Below the pieces are notes generated by a model. That model was not told the DNA's origin. It did not search any database and saw only the letters and a program-made list of their open reading frames with translations. This document shows positions 47,831 through 57,246 of a stretch of 57,246 bases of DNA, piece by piece (within the stretch, counting starts at the first letter, position 1; every line of letters starts with the position of its first letter). Both the position numbers and the translations under genes were made by a program. This DNA is from a bacterium (lineage in GTDB: Bacteria > SZUA-182 > DTGQ01 > JAFGSM01), in assembly GCA_049472355.1 (NCBI GenBank), contig JBLIRP010000010.1, forward strand, positions 1-57,246. Direction: 5' to 3'.

Positions 47831-48439
47831 ATGACGAGAAGGATCGCGCAGGTGGTTGCGGCCTCCCCACCCCCTGCAAAGCTTTTTATGGGGCTTATCC
47901 TTTCGCAACACAGCAGCCTCGACGAGGTCGCCGCAGGGCTCGCCGACCGCTTCGGCCCGATCGAAGCCGAGAGCCCGGTGCACCCCTTTGATCATACCGG
48001 GTACTATTGCGAGGAAATGGGCCCATGCCTGAAGAGGAAATTTGTGTGTTTTCACAGCCTGGTCCCTGCAGACCATCTTGCAGACATAAAATGCCGTACC
48101 AACGAGATGGAGGCATTGATGGGTGAGATGAGAGGAGAAAGGCTTCTGCGCAGGGTAAATGTGGATCCCGGCATCCTCACCCTTTCGAATGTCGTTCTGG
48201 CCACGACCAAGAACCATGCCCACCGCATCTATCTCTCACAGGGGATCTTTGCGGAGGTCACCCTGATCTATGCGAGAAGGGCGGGCTGGCAGCCGCTTGA
48301 CTGGACATACCCGGACTACCGGGCGCCCCTGGCCCTTGATTTCTTCAGCATGGCCCGGGAACGATACCACCGGCAGATAAGGGATCTCGCCGTCACGGAC
48401 GGATCGGGCGACCTTGACAAACAGCAGGACCGGGACTAA
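47831..48439 (+). CDS. DUF4416-like conserved protein
   Basis: FDHTGYYCEEMG, RRVNVDPG, LATTKNHAHRIYL..GIFAEVTL, WTYPDY. Confidence 0.8.
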   Translation: MTRRIAQVVAASPPPAKLFMGLILSQHSSLDEVAAGLADRFGPIEAESPVHPFDHTGYYCEEMGPCLKRKFVCFHSLVPADHLADIKCRTNEMEALMGEMRGERLLRRVNVDPGILTLSNVVLATTKNHAHRIYLSQGIFAEVTLIYARRAGWQPLDWTYPDYRAPLALDFFSMARERYHRQIRDLAVTDGSGDLDKQQDRD

Positions 48440-48612
48440 ACTGCTTTTAAAGAGTAATTCCATGATTTTTTGATAACTGCCCATCCTAAGTTGTAACAAA
48501 TATGGGTTGATGCGGGGAAGGGAGAAGTGCTTGTGTACAAGGGAGCCGAAACAAAAGCCTCCCCCCTTCCCGGGGAATAGTAGGCAGTTATCTTTTTGTA
48601 AAGAAGCCGTCT

Positions 48613-49338
48613 ATGCTCATCATTTCTCATAAAACCCCCTTGTTCTTCTCGGTTATAGGGATGCTGATCACCGTAATCCCCCTGAGCGTGTCCTGGGCCA
48701 TGGGCAAGGGACGGTCCGCGCAGGACCCCGCCCGTATCCCCCTGCCCTCACCCACCCTCACGGGGAGCGTCTCGGTGGAAGAGGCGATCAAGGCGCGACG
48801 CACGCGCCGGAATTTTTCATCACAACCCCTTTCCATGAAGGAATGGGGCCAGATCCTGTGGGCGGCCCAAGGCGTCACCTCCAAGGGGGGTATGGCGATG
48901 AGGGCTGCCCCGTCGGCAGGGGCGCTCTATCCCCTCGACATCTATCTCATTACCGGAGAGGGCGGCGCCGGATCCTTGAGCGCCGGCGTGTACCTTTACG
49001 AGCCGCTGCAGCATGCCCTGATGCGCCTCTCATCCGAGGATATGAGAAAGGGCATTACCGAGGCGTCATTCTATCAGGGCTGGATGGCCGAGGCACCCGG
49101 CATGATCCTCATCGCCGTCGAATATGCGAGAATAACCGGGAAGTATAAAGAGCGGGGAATACGCTATGCCCATTTCGAGGCGGGCCACGTGGCCCAGAAC
49201 TGCTTTCTCCAGGCGGAATCCCTCAATCTGCACGTCGGCATTGTAGGCGCATTCGAGGACGAGGCAATGAAGAAAATCCTTCCCCTCATCAAGGGACATG
49301 AGCCGCTGCTCATACTCCCTGTTGGGAGGCCTCAATGA
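48613..49338 (+). CDS. SagB/ThcOx-like nitroreductase-family flavoprotein with N-terminal hydrophobic segment
   Basis: RRTRRNF, QILWAAQG, RAAPSAGALYPL, EAGHVAQN. Confidence 0.88.
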   Translation: MLIISHKTPLFFSVIGMLITVIPLSVSWAMGKGRSAQDPARIPLPSPTLTGSVSVEEAIKARRTRRNFSSQPLSMKEWGQILWAAQGVTSKGGMAMRAAPSAGALYPLDIYLITGEGGAGSLSAGVYLYEPLQHALMRLSSEDMRKGITEASFYQGWMAEAPGMILIAVEYARITGKYKERGIRYAHFEAGHVAQNCFLQAESLNLHVGIVGAFEDEAMKKILPLIKGHEPLLILPVGRPQ

Positions 49339-50234
49339 AAAGGAGTCTGAAGCGGTTCGGGATCGTTTCCCTCCCTGACCCCCAAAGGGCGGGCCCCGTG
49401 CTCCTTGAGATCATCGGGTGGCTTGCCACCCGTTCCTTTACCATCTTCCTGGATACGGATACGGCGCAGGTGGTGGGGGAAACGGTGCGGTCACGGTTTT
49501 CCGTGTGCCGCATCGATGAGATCCCCGGGGTTGCGGATATCGTCCTGGTCCTGGGCGGGGATGGGACACTGCTGAGGGTTGCCCGCAACATCGGACATTC
49601 GGGCATTATCATGCTCGGCGTCAATCTCGGCAGCCTGGGCTTTTTAACGGACGTAAAGGCAGACGATGCCGTGAACACCCTGGAGCGGGTCATCAACGGC
49701 AGGTATACCCTGGACGAACGGATGGTGCTGCATGCAACGGTCAAACATCACGACGGAACCATCAAACAATCATCGTTTGCGCTCAACGACGTGGTCATCA
49801 ACAGCGGGCCTCACAGCAGGCTGGTCAACCTGAGCAGTTCGGTTGACGGCGCGTGGATCAACACATTCCTCTCCGACGGCCTGATCATTTCAACGCCCAC
49901 GGGCTCCACCGCCTATTCACTCTCCGCCGGCGGACCCATCATTCACCCGAAGCTTCACGCCATCCTCATCACCCCCATCTGCCCCCATATCCTCACCAAC
50001 CGCCCGATTGTCATCCCCGATGACGAAAGGATCGTGATAGTGGTGCAGGAAAAGGGGGTCGGAAACGGCTCCGAATGTCTTCTGTGCGCCGACGGTCAGG
50101 TGGTAACGGGATTGACGCCGGGCGACACGGTGGAGGTCACCAAGGCAGCGCATACGATCAAGCTCATTCAGCCGGAGGGGACCGATTACTACCAGGTGCT
50201 CAGAACAAAGCTGAAGTGGGGGGAAAGGGGATAG
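49335..50234 (+). CDS. nadK: NAD(+) kinase
   Basis: LGGDGTLL, GVNLGSLGFL, ALND, DGLIISTPTGSTAYSLSAGGP. Confidence 0.96.
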   Translation: MKRSLKRFGIVSLPDPQRAGPVLLEIIGWLATRSFTIFLDTDTAQVVGETVRSRFSVCRIDEIPGVADIVLVLGGDGTLLRVARNIGHSGIIMLGVNLGSLGFLTDVKADDAVNTLERVINGRYTLDERMVLHATVKHHDGTIKQSSFALNDVVINSGPHSRLVNLSSSVDGAWINTFLSDGLIISTPTGSTAYSLSAGGPIIHPKLHAILITPICPHILTNRPIVIPDDERIVIVVQEKGVGNGSECLLCADGQVVTGLTPGDTVEVTKAAHTIKLIQPEGTDYYQVLRTKLKWGERG

Positions 50235-50239
50235 TATTT

Positions 50240-51943
50240 GTGCTCGAGGAACTCCACATCAGAAACTTCGCCCTCATCGACCAGATCTCCATCAGTTTCG
50301 ATCCCCACCTGAACATCCTCACCGGGGAGACGGGGGCGGGAAAGACCATTCTGATCAATGCGCTTAACCTCCTCCTCGGCGGGCGTGCCTCAACGGAGTT
50401 CATACGGACCGGGGAGGAATCTGCGGAGGTCGAGGCCGCCTTCCGTCTCGACGAAGGGCATCCGGTCCGCGCCTGCCTCGAATCAGCGGGATGTCCCTGC
50501 TCCCCTGAGGATGACCTGATCATCAGGCGGATCATCTTTCGCTCGGAAAAGGCCAACCGGTGCTATGTGAACGGCCGCATGGTGCCGGTGTCCCTCCTGG
50601 ATACCATCGGTTCATGGCTGGTGGATATCCATGGACAACACGAACACCAACTCCTGCTCAATACCTCACGACACCTGGATATCCTGGACCGCTTCGGCAG
50701 CCTCGATGGGGATGCGATGCAGGTAAGCGATTCCTTTCACGCTTACCAGGCATCACGCACCACCTGGGAGGAACTGGTGCGGCGGCGGGAAGAGAGCGCG
50801 CGGGAGCGGGAAATCCTCGCCTTCCAGCGAAAGGAGCTCGAAAGCGCCCGACTGGCGCCGGGTGAGGAGGAAGATCTCCTCGGCGAGCAGAACATCCTGG
50901 CCCATGCAGTCAAGATCCGTGAACTGACCTCCTCCCTTCTCAATACGCTGTACCAGTCCGAGGGATCGGTCACCGAGACCCTGGGGGATGCACTGGGAAG
51001 GTTTCAGTCGCTCTGCTCCCTTGATCCCCGTTTTCGCCCCATGGAAGAGACCCTGAACGGCGTGCTCATACAGATCGAGGATATCACCCACCAGCTCACG
51101 GAATATGAATCCAAGCAGGATTTCAGTCCCGATCACCTCGAATGGATCCAAGAGCGACTGGACCTCATCAGCAAATTGAAAAAAAAATACCAGCGGAGCT
51201 TTGAGGGATTGATCGAACTTCGGAACACGATGGAAGAACGGTGGGAACTGCTCGAGAACTATGAGGAGAGAATACGGACCGCCGAGGATGCGATGCATGA
51301 ACGCTGGCAGGACCTGCGCCGGCATGCCCTCGATGTGTCGGAAAAAAGGCGCCGGGTGGCGAGGCGGATCGAGCGGAGTATCGAGGCCCAGTTGAATGAT
51401 CTTGACCTGGGGCAGGCCCGGTTTGTAGTGTCATGTTCCCATCCCCCGATCCCCGAACAGGTGCCCCCGAAAAACATGACCGCACGGGGCTTCGATGAGG
51501 TCGAATTCCTCTTTTCCGCAAATCCCGGGGAGGATCCCCTGCCTTTGGCGCGGATTGCCTCAGGTGGGGAGATATCGCGGGTGATGCTCGGATTCAAGTC
51601 ATGTCTTGCCATGGCCGACCAGGTGCTCACCCTGGTATTCGATGAGATCGATACCGGCATCGGGGGGAGCGCAGCAGTGAAGGTCGGTCGGAAGATGAAG
51701 GACCTCGCCTCCAAACGTCAGATCATCTGCATCACCCATTTGCCCCAGATTGCGAGCAACGCATCCACCCATTTTTTGGTATCAAAGCGGGTCGAAAGGG
51801 GAAGGACACTCACCGAGGTAACCCCTCTCTCCACCGGGGAACGGATACGGGAGCTTGCGAAGATGATCGCAGGCGACAGCCGGTCCGAAACCGCCCTGCG
51901 GCATGCCTCCGAAATACTGGAAAAATCAGGGACAACTCTTTAA
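50240..51943 (+). CDS. recN: DNA repair protein RecN
   Basis: GTG start, LHIRNFALI, TGETGAGKT, DIHGQHEHQ, ASGGEISR, FDEIDTG, ITHLPQIA; canonical position after nadK. Confidence 0.96.
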   Translation: MLEELHIRNFALIDQISISFDPHLNILTGETGAGKTILINALNLLLGGRASTEFIRTGEESAEVEAAFRLDEGHPVRACLESAGCPCSPEDDLIIRRIIFRSEKANRCYVNGRMVPVSLLDTIGSWLVDIHGQHEHQLLLNTSRHLDILDRFGSLDGDAMQVSDSFHAYQASRTTWEELVRRREESAREREILAFQRKELESARLAPGEEEDLLGEQNILAHAVKIRELTSSLLNTLYQSEGSVTETLGDALGRFQSLCSLDPRFRPMEETLNGVLIQIEDITHQLTEYESKQDFSPDHLEWIQERLDLISKLKKKYQRSFEGLIELRNTMEERWELLENYEERIRTAEDAMHERWQDLRRHALDVSEKRRRVARRIERSIEAQLNDLDLGQARFVVSCSHPPIPEQVPPKNMTARGFDEVEFLFSANPGEDPLPLARIASGGEISRVMLGFKSCLAMADQVLTLVFDEIDTGIGGSAAVKVGRKMKDLASKRQIICITHLPQIASNASTHFLVSKRVERGRTLTEVTPLSTGERIRELAKMIAGDSRSETALRHASEILEKSGTTL

Positions 51944-52159
51944 CACTCATCATTGTTGATATTTGACGTATCTTCGATCATAATAGGGTATGTGTTTCCT
52001 ATAGAGTAAGTTATTTAATTACTTAACAATATATGCTATTATGTAATCATTCATTATTTTCAATGCGGCGCCGCTCGTTGCGCGTTTTGAGTCGATGTGA
52101 GCGGAGGGATATCCTGCCGCCGGTTCTATAGAGCAGCGGGCAAAAAAGGAGCCATTTTC

Positions 52160-54049
52160 ATGAGAGGCAAGATTCTTGAGAAGGACCACTTCACCAAGGA
52201 GAATACAGTGAACCGCCTGCATAAGGGGATCGGGATCGCTCCGCGGCTCTATTTCGTTATCCTCGCCCTGCTCGCCTTCATGCTCATTAGCGGGATGGTG
52301 GTGTACCGTCAGAACCGGAACGTGCATGACGCCTTTAAAAAGATCCTCAACGAGATCCCCCACGAGCGCGCCATCTACGACGCACAGACCGCCATCACCG
52401 ACTATATCATGCCTGCGAATGATTACCTGATCACCGGTGATCCCGTAGAGCGGGAGAACAGCACCAATCTCGAGAAAAAGGTGGGCAAGGCATTGGAGCA
52501 CTGCTACATGCTTGCGCGGGAAGAAGAAAGGCACCTCATGGAGCTCGTGGAGAGTGACTTTCAAAAGATCAAGCGGCTTTCGGACGATATCTTCTCCTTC
52601 AATGCAGTCTCCGACCAGAAATTGGCCGGCGAGATCATGAAAAGGATGGATAAGCTTGCCATCGATTCACGCGATCATATCAGGGAGCTTTTGAGGATGC
52701 ACGACATGCATATGGCCTCCGCCCGCATGGCGGCGGAGCAGGCGTGGGTGCGCTCCCACCGCTGGATGTTTGGGATATTCGTCCTGGCGTTTGTATTCGG
52801 CCTTACGCTCATCACCTACATCTCCACGTCCATCCTGCGTCCCTTACGGATACTGGATACCTCTGCAATCAGGATTGCCGCCGGCGACCTGTCCGAGCTT
52901 CTGGTGATCGAGCGAAAGGGGGAACTGACCAGCCTGGCCGAGTCATTCAACCAGATGATCATCTCCCTGCGCCATCAGATCGAAACCAGCAAAACGATCC
53001 TCAATGCCATCGCCGATCCCGTATTCACGGTTGACAACAACATGACCATCACCTACTTCAGCAAGGCATGTGAACGTCTCACCGGGTATACGGCCAAGGA
53101 TGCCCTCGGCAGGAAATGCCGGGAGATCTTCAAGAGCAATATCTGCGAAGACCTCTGTGCCATAAAGAGGTCGGCGCGGGAGGACCGGCCGATCCTGAAC
53201 GTGGAGATCGAGACAAAGGACAAGGTGGGCGACACCATGCCCATCATGGCCAGCGCATCCTGCCTCAAGGACTGGAAGGGAAACATCATGGGCGGGTGCG
53301 AGGTGTTTCGGGACATATCGGATTGGAAACGGATGACCAGGGAGTTGAAGGAGACGGAGCAGCAGCTTATCCTCTCCGAAAAGCTCGCCGTGCTGGGCCG
53401 CCTTGCATCATCGGTGGGTCATGAGCTGCGGAATCCCCTCGCGGTCATACAAAATTCTACCTACTACCTCAAGAGCAAGGTGGGGTCGGATCAAACCAAG
53501 TTGTTGAAACATCTCGAGATCATTGAAAACGAGATTGAAAGCTCGAACAAGATCATCGGGGACCTCCTGGGGTTTTCGCGGCGCAAGAAACCCGACCTTG
53601 CCCCCCTTGACCTGAATGCGACCATCGAGTCCTCCCTTCACCGAATTCGGGTGCGGGAGGACATCACCATTGAACGGAACCTTGATGCAAGCCTGCCCCC
53701 CATTATGGGAGACAAGGACCAGATCCATCAGGTCCTGGTGAATCTCATTTACAATGCCGAACACGCAATGGGAAAGTCGAGCGGCCGGATCACCATCACC
53801 ACGCAGAAGAAGGGAAACACGGTGGAATTGGGTGTTTCGGATACCGGGTGCGGCATACCTGAGGAGGATCTGGACAAGCTCTTTGATCCCTTCTTCACCA
53901 CAAAGGCCAAAGGGATCGGTCTCGGACTGGCGATCACGAAGTCCATCATCGAGCATCTCAACGGGATGATAGACGTGGAATCAGACGTGGGCAAGGGCAC
54001 GACCTTCACCATCACCTTTACTATGGAGCCGGTTGAAGACCTGGCATGA
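52160..54049 (+). CDS. Membrane sensor histidine kinase (four-helix periplasmic sensor, HAMP, PAS, HisKA, HATPase); start 52160 or 52208
   Basis: 2 TMs, HAMP, PAS, VGHELRNPL, NLIYNA, DTGCG, PFFTTK, GIGLGL. Confidence 0.93.
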   Translation: MRGKILEKDHFTKENTVNRLHKGIGIAPRLYFVILALLAFMLISGMVVYRQNRNVHDAFKKILNEIPHERAIYDAQTAITDYIMPANDYLITGDPVERENSTNLEKKVGKALEHCYMLAREEERHLMELVESDFQKIKRLSDDIFSFNAVSDQKLAGEIMKRMDKLAIDSRDHIRELLRMHDMHMASARMAAEQAWVRSHRWMFGIFVLAFVFGLTLITYISTSILRPLRILDTSAIRIAAGDLSELLVIERKGELTSLAESFNQMIISLRHQIETSKTILNAIADPVFTVDNNMTITYFSKACERLTGYTAKDALGRKCREIFKSNICEDLCAIKRSAREDRPILNVEIETKDKVGDTMPIMASASCLKDWKGNIMGGCEVFRDISDWKRMTRELKETEQQLILSEKLAVLGRLASSVGHELRNPLAVIQNSTYYLKSKVGSDQTKLLKHLEIIENEIESSNKIIGDLLGFSRRKKPDLAPLDLNATIESSLHRIRVREDITIERNLDASLPPIMGDKDQIHQVLVNLIYNAEHAMGKSSGRITITTQKKGNTVELGVSDTGCGIPEEDLDKLFDPFFTTKAKGIGLGLAITKSIIEHLNGMIDVESDVGKGTTFTITFTMEPVEDLA

Positions 54050-54067
54050 AACAATGCGGTGGTATCC

Positions 54068-54487
54068 ATGAAAGGGAACAACGAGGTAAAGATCCTGGTC
54101 GTGGACGACCAGCCCGGCATGTGTGAGACCCTCCTGGATATACTGGAGGATGTCGGTTATAATGTAGAGTCCGCTCAGGATGGGTCGACTGCCATTGAAA
54201 TGAACAGGCAAGCGGTTTTCGACATCATCCTGATGGATATCATTATGCCTGGAATCAACGGGGTGGAGGCATTGAAGCTCATCAAGCAGATGAACCCTGA
54301 TACCACCGTTATCCTTATGACCGCCTACACTGCGCCCGATTTGATCATGGAGGCCCAAAAGGCGGGGGTGTACGAATGTCTCACCAAGCCCTTCAAGCCT
54401 TCACGACTTCTGGATATCATTACCAGGCTGTGCCGGGAACGAAAGGTCATGCTCGGCCTGAGAGGAAAAAAGGGCCATGCGGAATAA
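54068..54487 (+). CDS. Single-domain response regulator receiver
   Basis: LVVDD, LMDIIMP, MTAY, TKPF. Confidence 0.92.
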   Translation: MKGNNEVKILVVDDQPGMCETLLDILEDVGYNVESAQDGSTAIEMNRQAVFDIILMDIIMPGINGVEALKLIKQMNPDTTVILMTAYTAPDLIMEAQKAGVYECLTKPFKPSRLLDIITRLCRERKVMLGLRGKKGHAE

Positions 54488-56093
54488 TAACAACGCGATA
54501 TTGGTCATCGATGATGAACTGGGCATGCGGGAGACGCTCACCGATATCCTTCAGGACGAAGGGTACGATGTCTCCACTGCGGAAAACGGCACGGATGCCA
54601 TCACCGCGGTGCAAAAACGCTTCTTCAATGTCGTGTTCATCGACATCAATCTTCCGGATATCAGCGGCCTTGACGTATTGAAGACAATCAAGAAGATCAC
54701 CACCGACACCTATCCGATCATGCTCACCGCGTCCGCCACCATCGAGAATTCCATAAAGGCACTCAACCAGGGGGCCTATGCCTATATCGTCAAACCCTTC
54801 GATGTCAAGACCATCAAGGACACGATCCAGCGGGCCATAGCCGAGCAACGCCTCGTGCTCGAGAACAAGCGGCTCCTGCAGGAATTGAAGACCTCCAACA
54901 AGGCGCTCTTACAGGCAAAGACGGAGGTCGATACCATGAACAGGGAGCTCGAGTCCAAGATCCGGCAACGGACCAAGCAGCTCAGGGAACAGATGACCTG
55001 GACGGAGACCATCATCGACAGTCTTGCCGATGGATTGTGCACCGTGGACAAGCGGTGGAAGATCACCCTGTTCAATCGGCAGGCGGAGCTGATCACCGGG
55101 TACAAGGCCGAAGAGGTGCTGGGAAAGGATCACAAGGAGATCTTTCAGAGCATGTGCCACGACTGCACAAAGCTCGTCGAAAAGACCATTCGAAAGGGGG
55201 AACGGGTATCCGGGCTGGAGATCTATATAGAGGACAAGAACGGACGGCTGATCCCCCTCCTGGTCAGCGCTGCACCCATCCGGGGCAAGAACGGGGATAT
55301 ACTGGGCGCGGTGCAGAACTTCAGGGATATCACCGATCACAAGCAATTGCAGGAGCAGCTCATCCAGGCCTCCAAGCTGGCATCAATGGGCGAGCTTTTG
55401 GCCAATTTCACCCACGAGATCAAGAATCCCTTGAACGGCATGATCCTTTTCGCCACGCTCATCAAGGCAGAGGCGGCGCCCAACAGCGAGATCCTTAACT
55501 ATGCCGAGAGGATACTCGCGGAAGGGACCAGGATCGGGAGGATCGCAGGGGACGTTCTGACCTTTTCACGACAGAACATCCAGGAATACAACTATGAGAA
55601 CATCATCCCCATCGTCGAGTCCACCCTTTCCCTGACCGAACAGCAACTGAACCTGGACGGGATCCAGGTGGAGCGGGATTTCGATGATTCCCTTCCCCGG
55701 CTGAAGGTGAACATCGGCCGTATCCAGCAGGTGCTTCTCAACATGATCAACAATGCCCAGTTCAGCCTGAACAAGCGGTTCGGTCAGTTCGACAGCAAGG
55801 GGAGAAAGAAGATCACGCTCTCGGTGCACAATATGACCGTCGACGGCAAGCCATGGGTCCAGATCCGGATCGAGGACAACGGTATGGGGATCAGTCAGAA
55901 GAACATGAAGCGGATATTCGATCCCTTCTTTACCACCAAACCCGTTGGTCAGGGCACAGGCCTGGGCTTGAGCGTGAGCTATGGCATCATCAAGGACCAT
56001 CACGGAGAGATAGGTGTTCAAAGCCAGGAAAAAAAATTCACCAGATTTATCATCGATCTGCCAGCCTTCGAAACCGAGGCCGTTACCCCATAA
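54477..56093 (+). CDS. Hybrid REC-PAS-histidine kinase
   Basis: VIDDE, IDINLP, VKPF; PAS; THEIKNPL, DNGMG, PFFTTK, GTGLGL. Confidence 0.93.
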   Translation: MRNNNNAILVIDDELGMRETLTDILQDEGYDVSTAENGTDAITAVQKRFFNVVFIDINLPDISGLDVLKTIKKITTDTYPIMLTASATIENSIKALNQGAYAYIVKPFDVKTIKDTIQRAIAEQRLVLENKRLLQELKTSNKALLQAKTEVDTMNRELESKIRQRTKQLREQMTWTETIIDSLADGLCTVDKRWKITLFNRQAELITGYKAEEVLGKDHKEIFQSMCHDCTKLVEKTIRKGERVSGLEIYIEDKNGRLIPLLVSAAPIRGKNGDILGAVQNFRDITDHKQLQEQLIQASKLASMGELLANFTHEIKNPLNGMILFATLIKAEAAPNSEILNYAERILAEGTRIGRIAGDVLTFSRQNIQEYNYENIIPIVESTLSLTEQQLNLDGIQVERDFDDSLPRLKVNIGRIQQVLLNMINNAQFSLNKRFGQFDSKGRKKITLSVHNMTVDGKPWVQIRIEDNGMGISQKNMKRIFDPFFTTKPVGQGTGLGLSVSYGIIKDHHGEIGVQSQEKKFTRFIIDLPAFETEAVTP

Positions 56094-56097
56094 AACA

Positions 56098-57246
56098 ATG
56101 CCTTCCTCATTGGATATCCTGATTATCGATGATGAGATCTATCAGTGCGAAACGCTGAAGGACCTTCTGGAGGACGAAGGGTATACGGTGGCCACCGCCA
56201 CGGACGGAAATACGGGGCTCGAATTTCTGGACGGGAACCGGTGCCTGGTGGCGATCATCGATATCATGCTCCCTGACACCAGCGGCCTCGATATCCTTAA
56301 GATCATCAAACACAAAGGGATCGATTGCCTTCCCATCATGCTGACCGCCTTCGCGACCCTGGAAACCAGCATCAATGCCCTTAACGAGGGGGCCTACGCT
56401 TACATTGTCAAGCCTTACAAGGTCGACGAGGTGAAGGCCACGGTGCGCAACGCCATAGAAAAGCAACGCCTCGCCCATGAAAACAGGGAACTGCTCCAGA
56501 ACCTCAAAAAGGCCAATAAGAACCTGACCAGGGTGACCAGGGAGCTCGAGGAGCTCAACCGGGATCTCGAGGACAAGGTCTTTGAACGCACCCGGGAGTT
56601 GGCCGAGGCAAAGGACAAGATGGCAAAGATCATGTCGAGCATTGCCGAGGGGATCATCTCGCTCGACAAGGAATTCCGCATCACCTCCTTCAACAGGGCG
56701 GCCGAGCAGATCACCGGTATCAACCGCGCCGAGGCCCTCAACCGCCACTGCTGGGAAGTTTTTCGCGCCAGCATCTGCGAGCAGCGCTGCGCACTGCGGG
56801 AAACCATGGAAACCGGCCGCCCATTGGTCAACCAGTCGATTTTCATCGTCAACGTGGAGGGCGACCGGGTCCCGGTCAGCATCTCCACCGCGCTGCTGCG
56901 CGACAAAAACGGAGAGATTATCGGCGGTGTCGAAACCTTCCGGGACCTCAGCGTGGTGGAGGAGCTGCGCAAAGAACTGGCCGGATCCCACACCTTCCTG
57001 GACATCATCAGCAAAAACCGCGAGATGCGGGCGCTTTTCGCCATGCTGGAGCAAATCGCCGACAGCAACGCCTCGGTCCTGCTGGAGGGCGAAAGCGGCA
57101 CCGGCAAGGAACTCTTCGCCAAGGCCATCCATTCCCTCAGCCCGCGGCGCAACGGCCCCATGATCACGGTCAACTGCGCCGCGCTGCCCGACAGTCTGCT
57201 GGAATCCGAGCTTTTCGGCTACAAGGCCGGGGCCTTCACCGACGCC
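56098..57246 (+). CDS. sigma54-dependent enhancer-binding activator, REC-PAS-AAA+ (runs off the window end)
   Basis: Not in the ORF track. Manual translation [13 protein letters not shown]...IDIMLP...VKPY...PAS...[11 protein letters not shown]...VNCAAL...[15 protein letters not shown]. Confidence 0.93.
   Translation, partial: MPSSLDILIIDDEIYQCETLKDLLEDEGYTVATATDGNTGLEFLDGNRCLVAIIDIMLPDTSGLDILKIIKHKGIDCLPIMLTAFATLETSINALNEGAYAYIVKPYKVDEVKATVRNAIEKQRLAHENRELLQNLKKANKNLTRVTRELEELNRDLEDKVFERTRELAEAKDKMAKIMSSIAEGIISLDKEFRITSFNRAAEQITGINRAEALNRHCWEVFRASICEQRCALRETMETGRPLVNQSIFIVNVEGDRVPVSISTALLRDKNGEIIGGVETFRDLSVVEELRKELAGSHTFLDIISKNREMRALFAMLEQIADSNASVLLEGESGTGKELFAKAIHSLSPRRNGPMITVNCAALPDSLLESELFGYKAGAFTDA

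Noticed and set aside
48500..48575. Structured ncRNA (GGGAAGGGAG/CTCCCCCCTTCCC stem) before the SagB-like gene
   Set aside because: Imperfect single stem with no recognisable family motif
48613..49338. RiPP (azole) biosynthesis implied by the SagB/ThcOx-like gene
   Set aside because: No YcaO or precursor nearby; the gene is coupled to nadK-recN, typical of stand-alone nitroreductases

Overview
GC-rich chromosomal segment from a diderm bacterium (outer-membrane barrels, lipoproteins, sigma54 signals; gene content is reminiscent of anaerobic delta-proteobacteria-like or candidate-phylum lineages, which is inference only). No rRNA, tRNA, CRISPR-cas, integrase or transposase is visible. Housekeeping blocks: cstA (partial), hflX, thiL, an M50 site-2 protease, an AddA/AddB-like helicase-nuclease pair, rfbB, a paaK-ACT-liv(K,K,H,M,G,F)-paaK aryl-acid uptake/activation cluster, thiamine-related small genes, nadK-recN, and a four-gene two-component/sigma54-activator cluster. 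Two PIN toxin-antitoxin modules look like decayed integron cassettes. The most interesting accessory part is 27-46 kb. (i) A minus-strand operon couples an orphan type IV pilin/pseudopilin to a membrane HAMP-GAF-HD-GYP phosphodiesterase, a lipoprotein, a PilZ protein, a membrane adenylate cyclase and a receiver protein. (ii) A set of exported proteins has Tyr/Gly/Pro/Gln-rich, nearly uncharged low-complexity regions (including a subtilase tail). These lie next to two paralogous membrane proteins with duplicated DUF4350/GATase-like modules (one with an exosortase-like N-terminus) and a lipoprotein-TPR-beta-barrel fusion. Several exported-protein genes carry sigma54 -24/-12 promoters. A GCGAAGC-containing REP-like repeat family, a probable ATT start for hflX and two probable leaderless genes were also noticed. 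All calls come from reading sequence and motifs; no database search was run.
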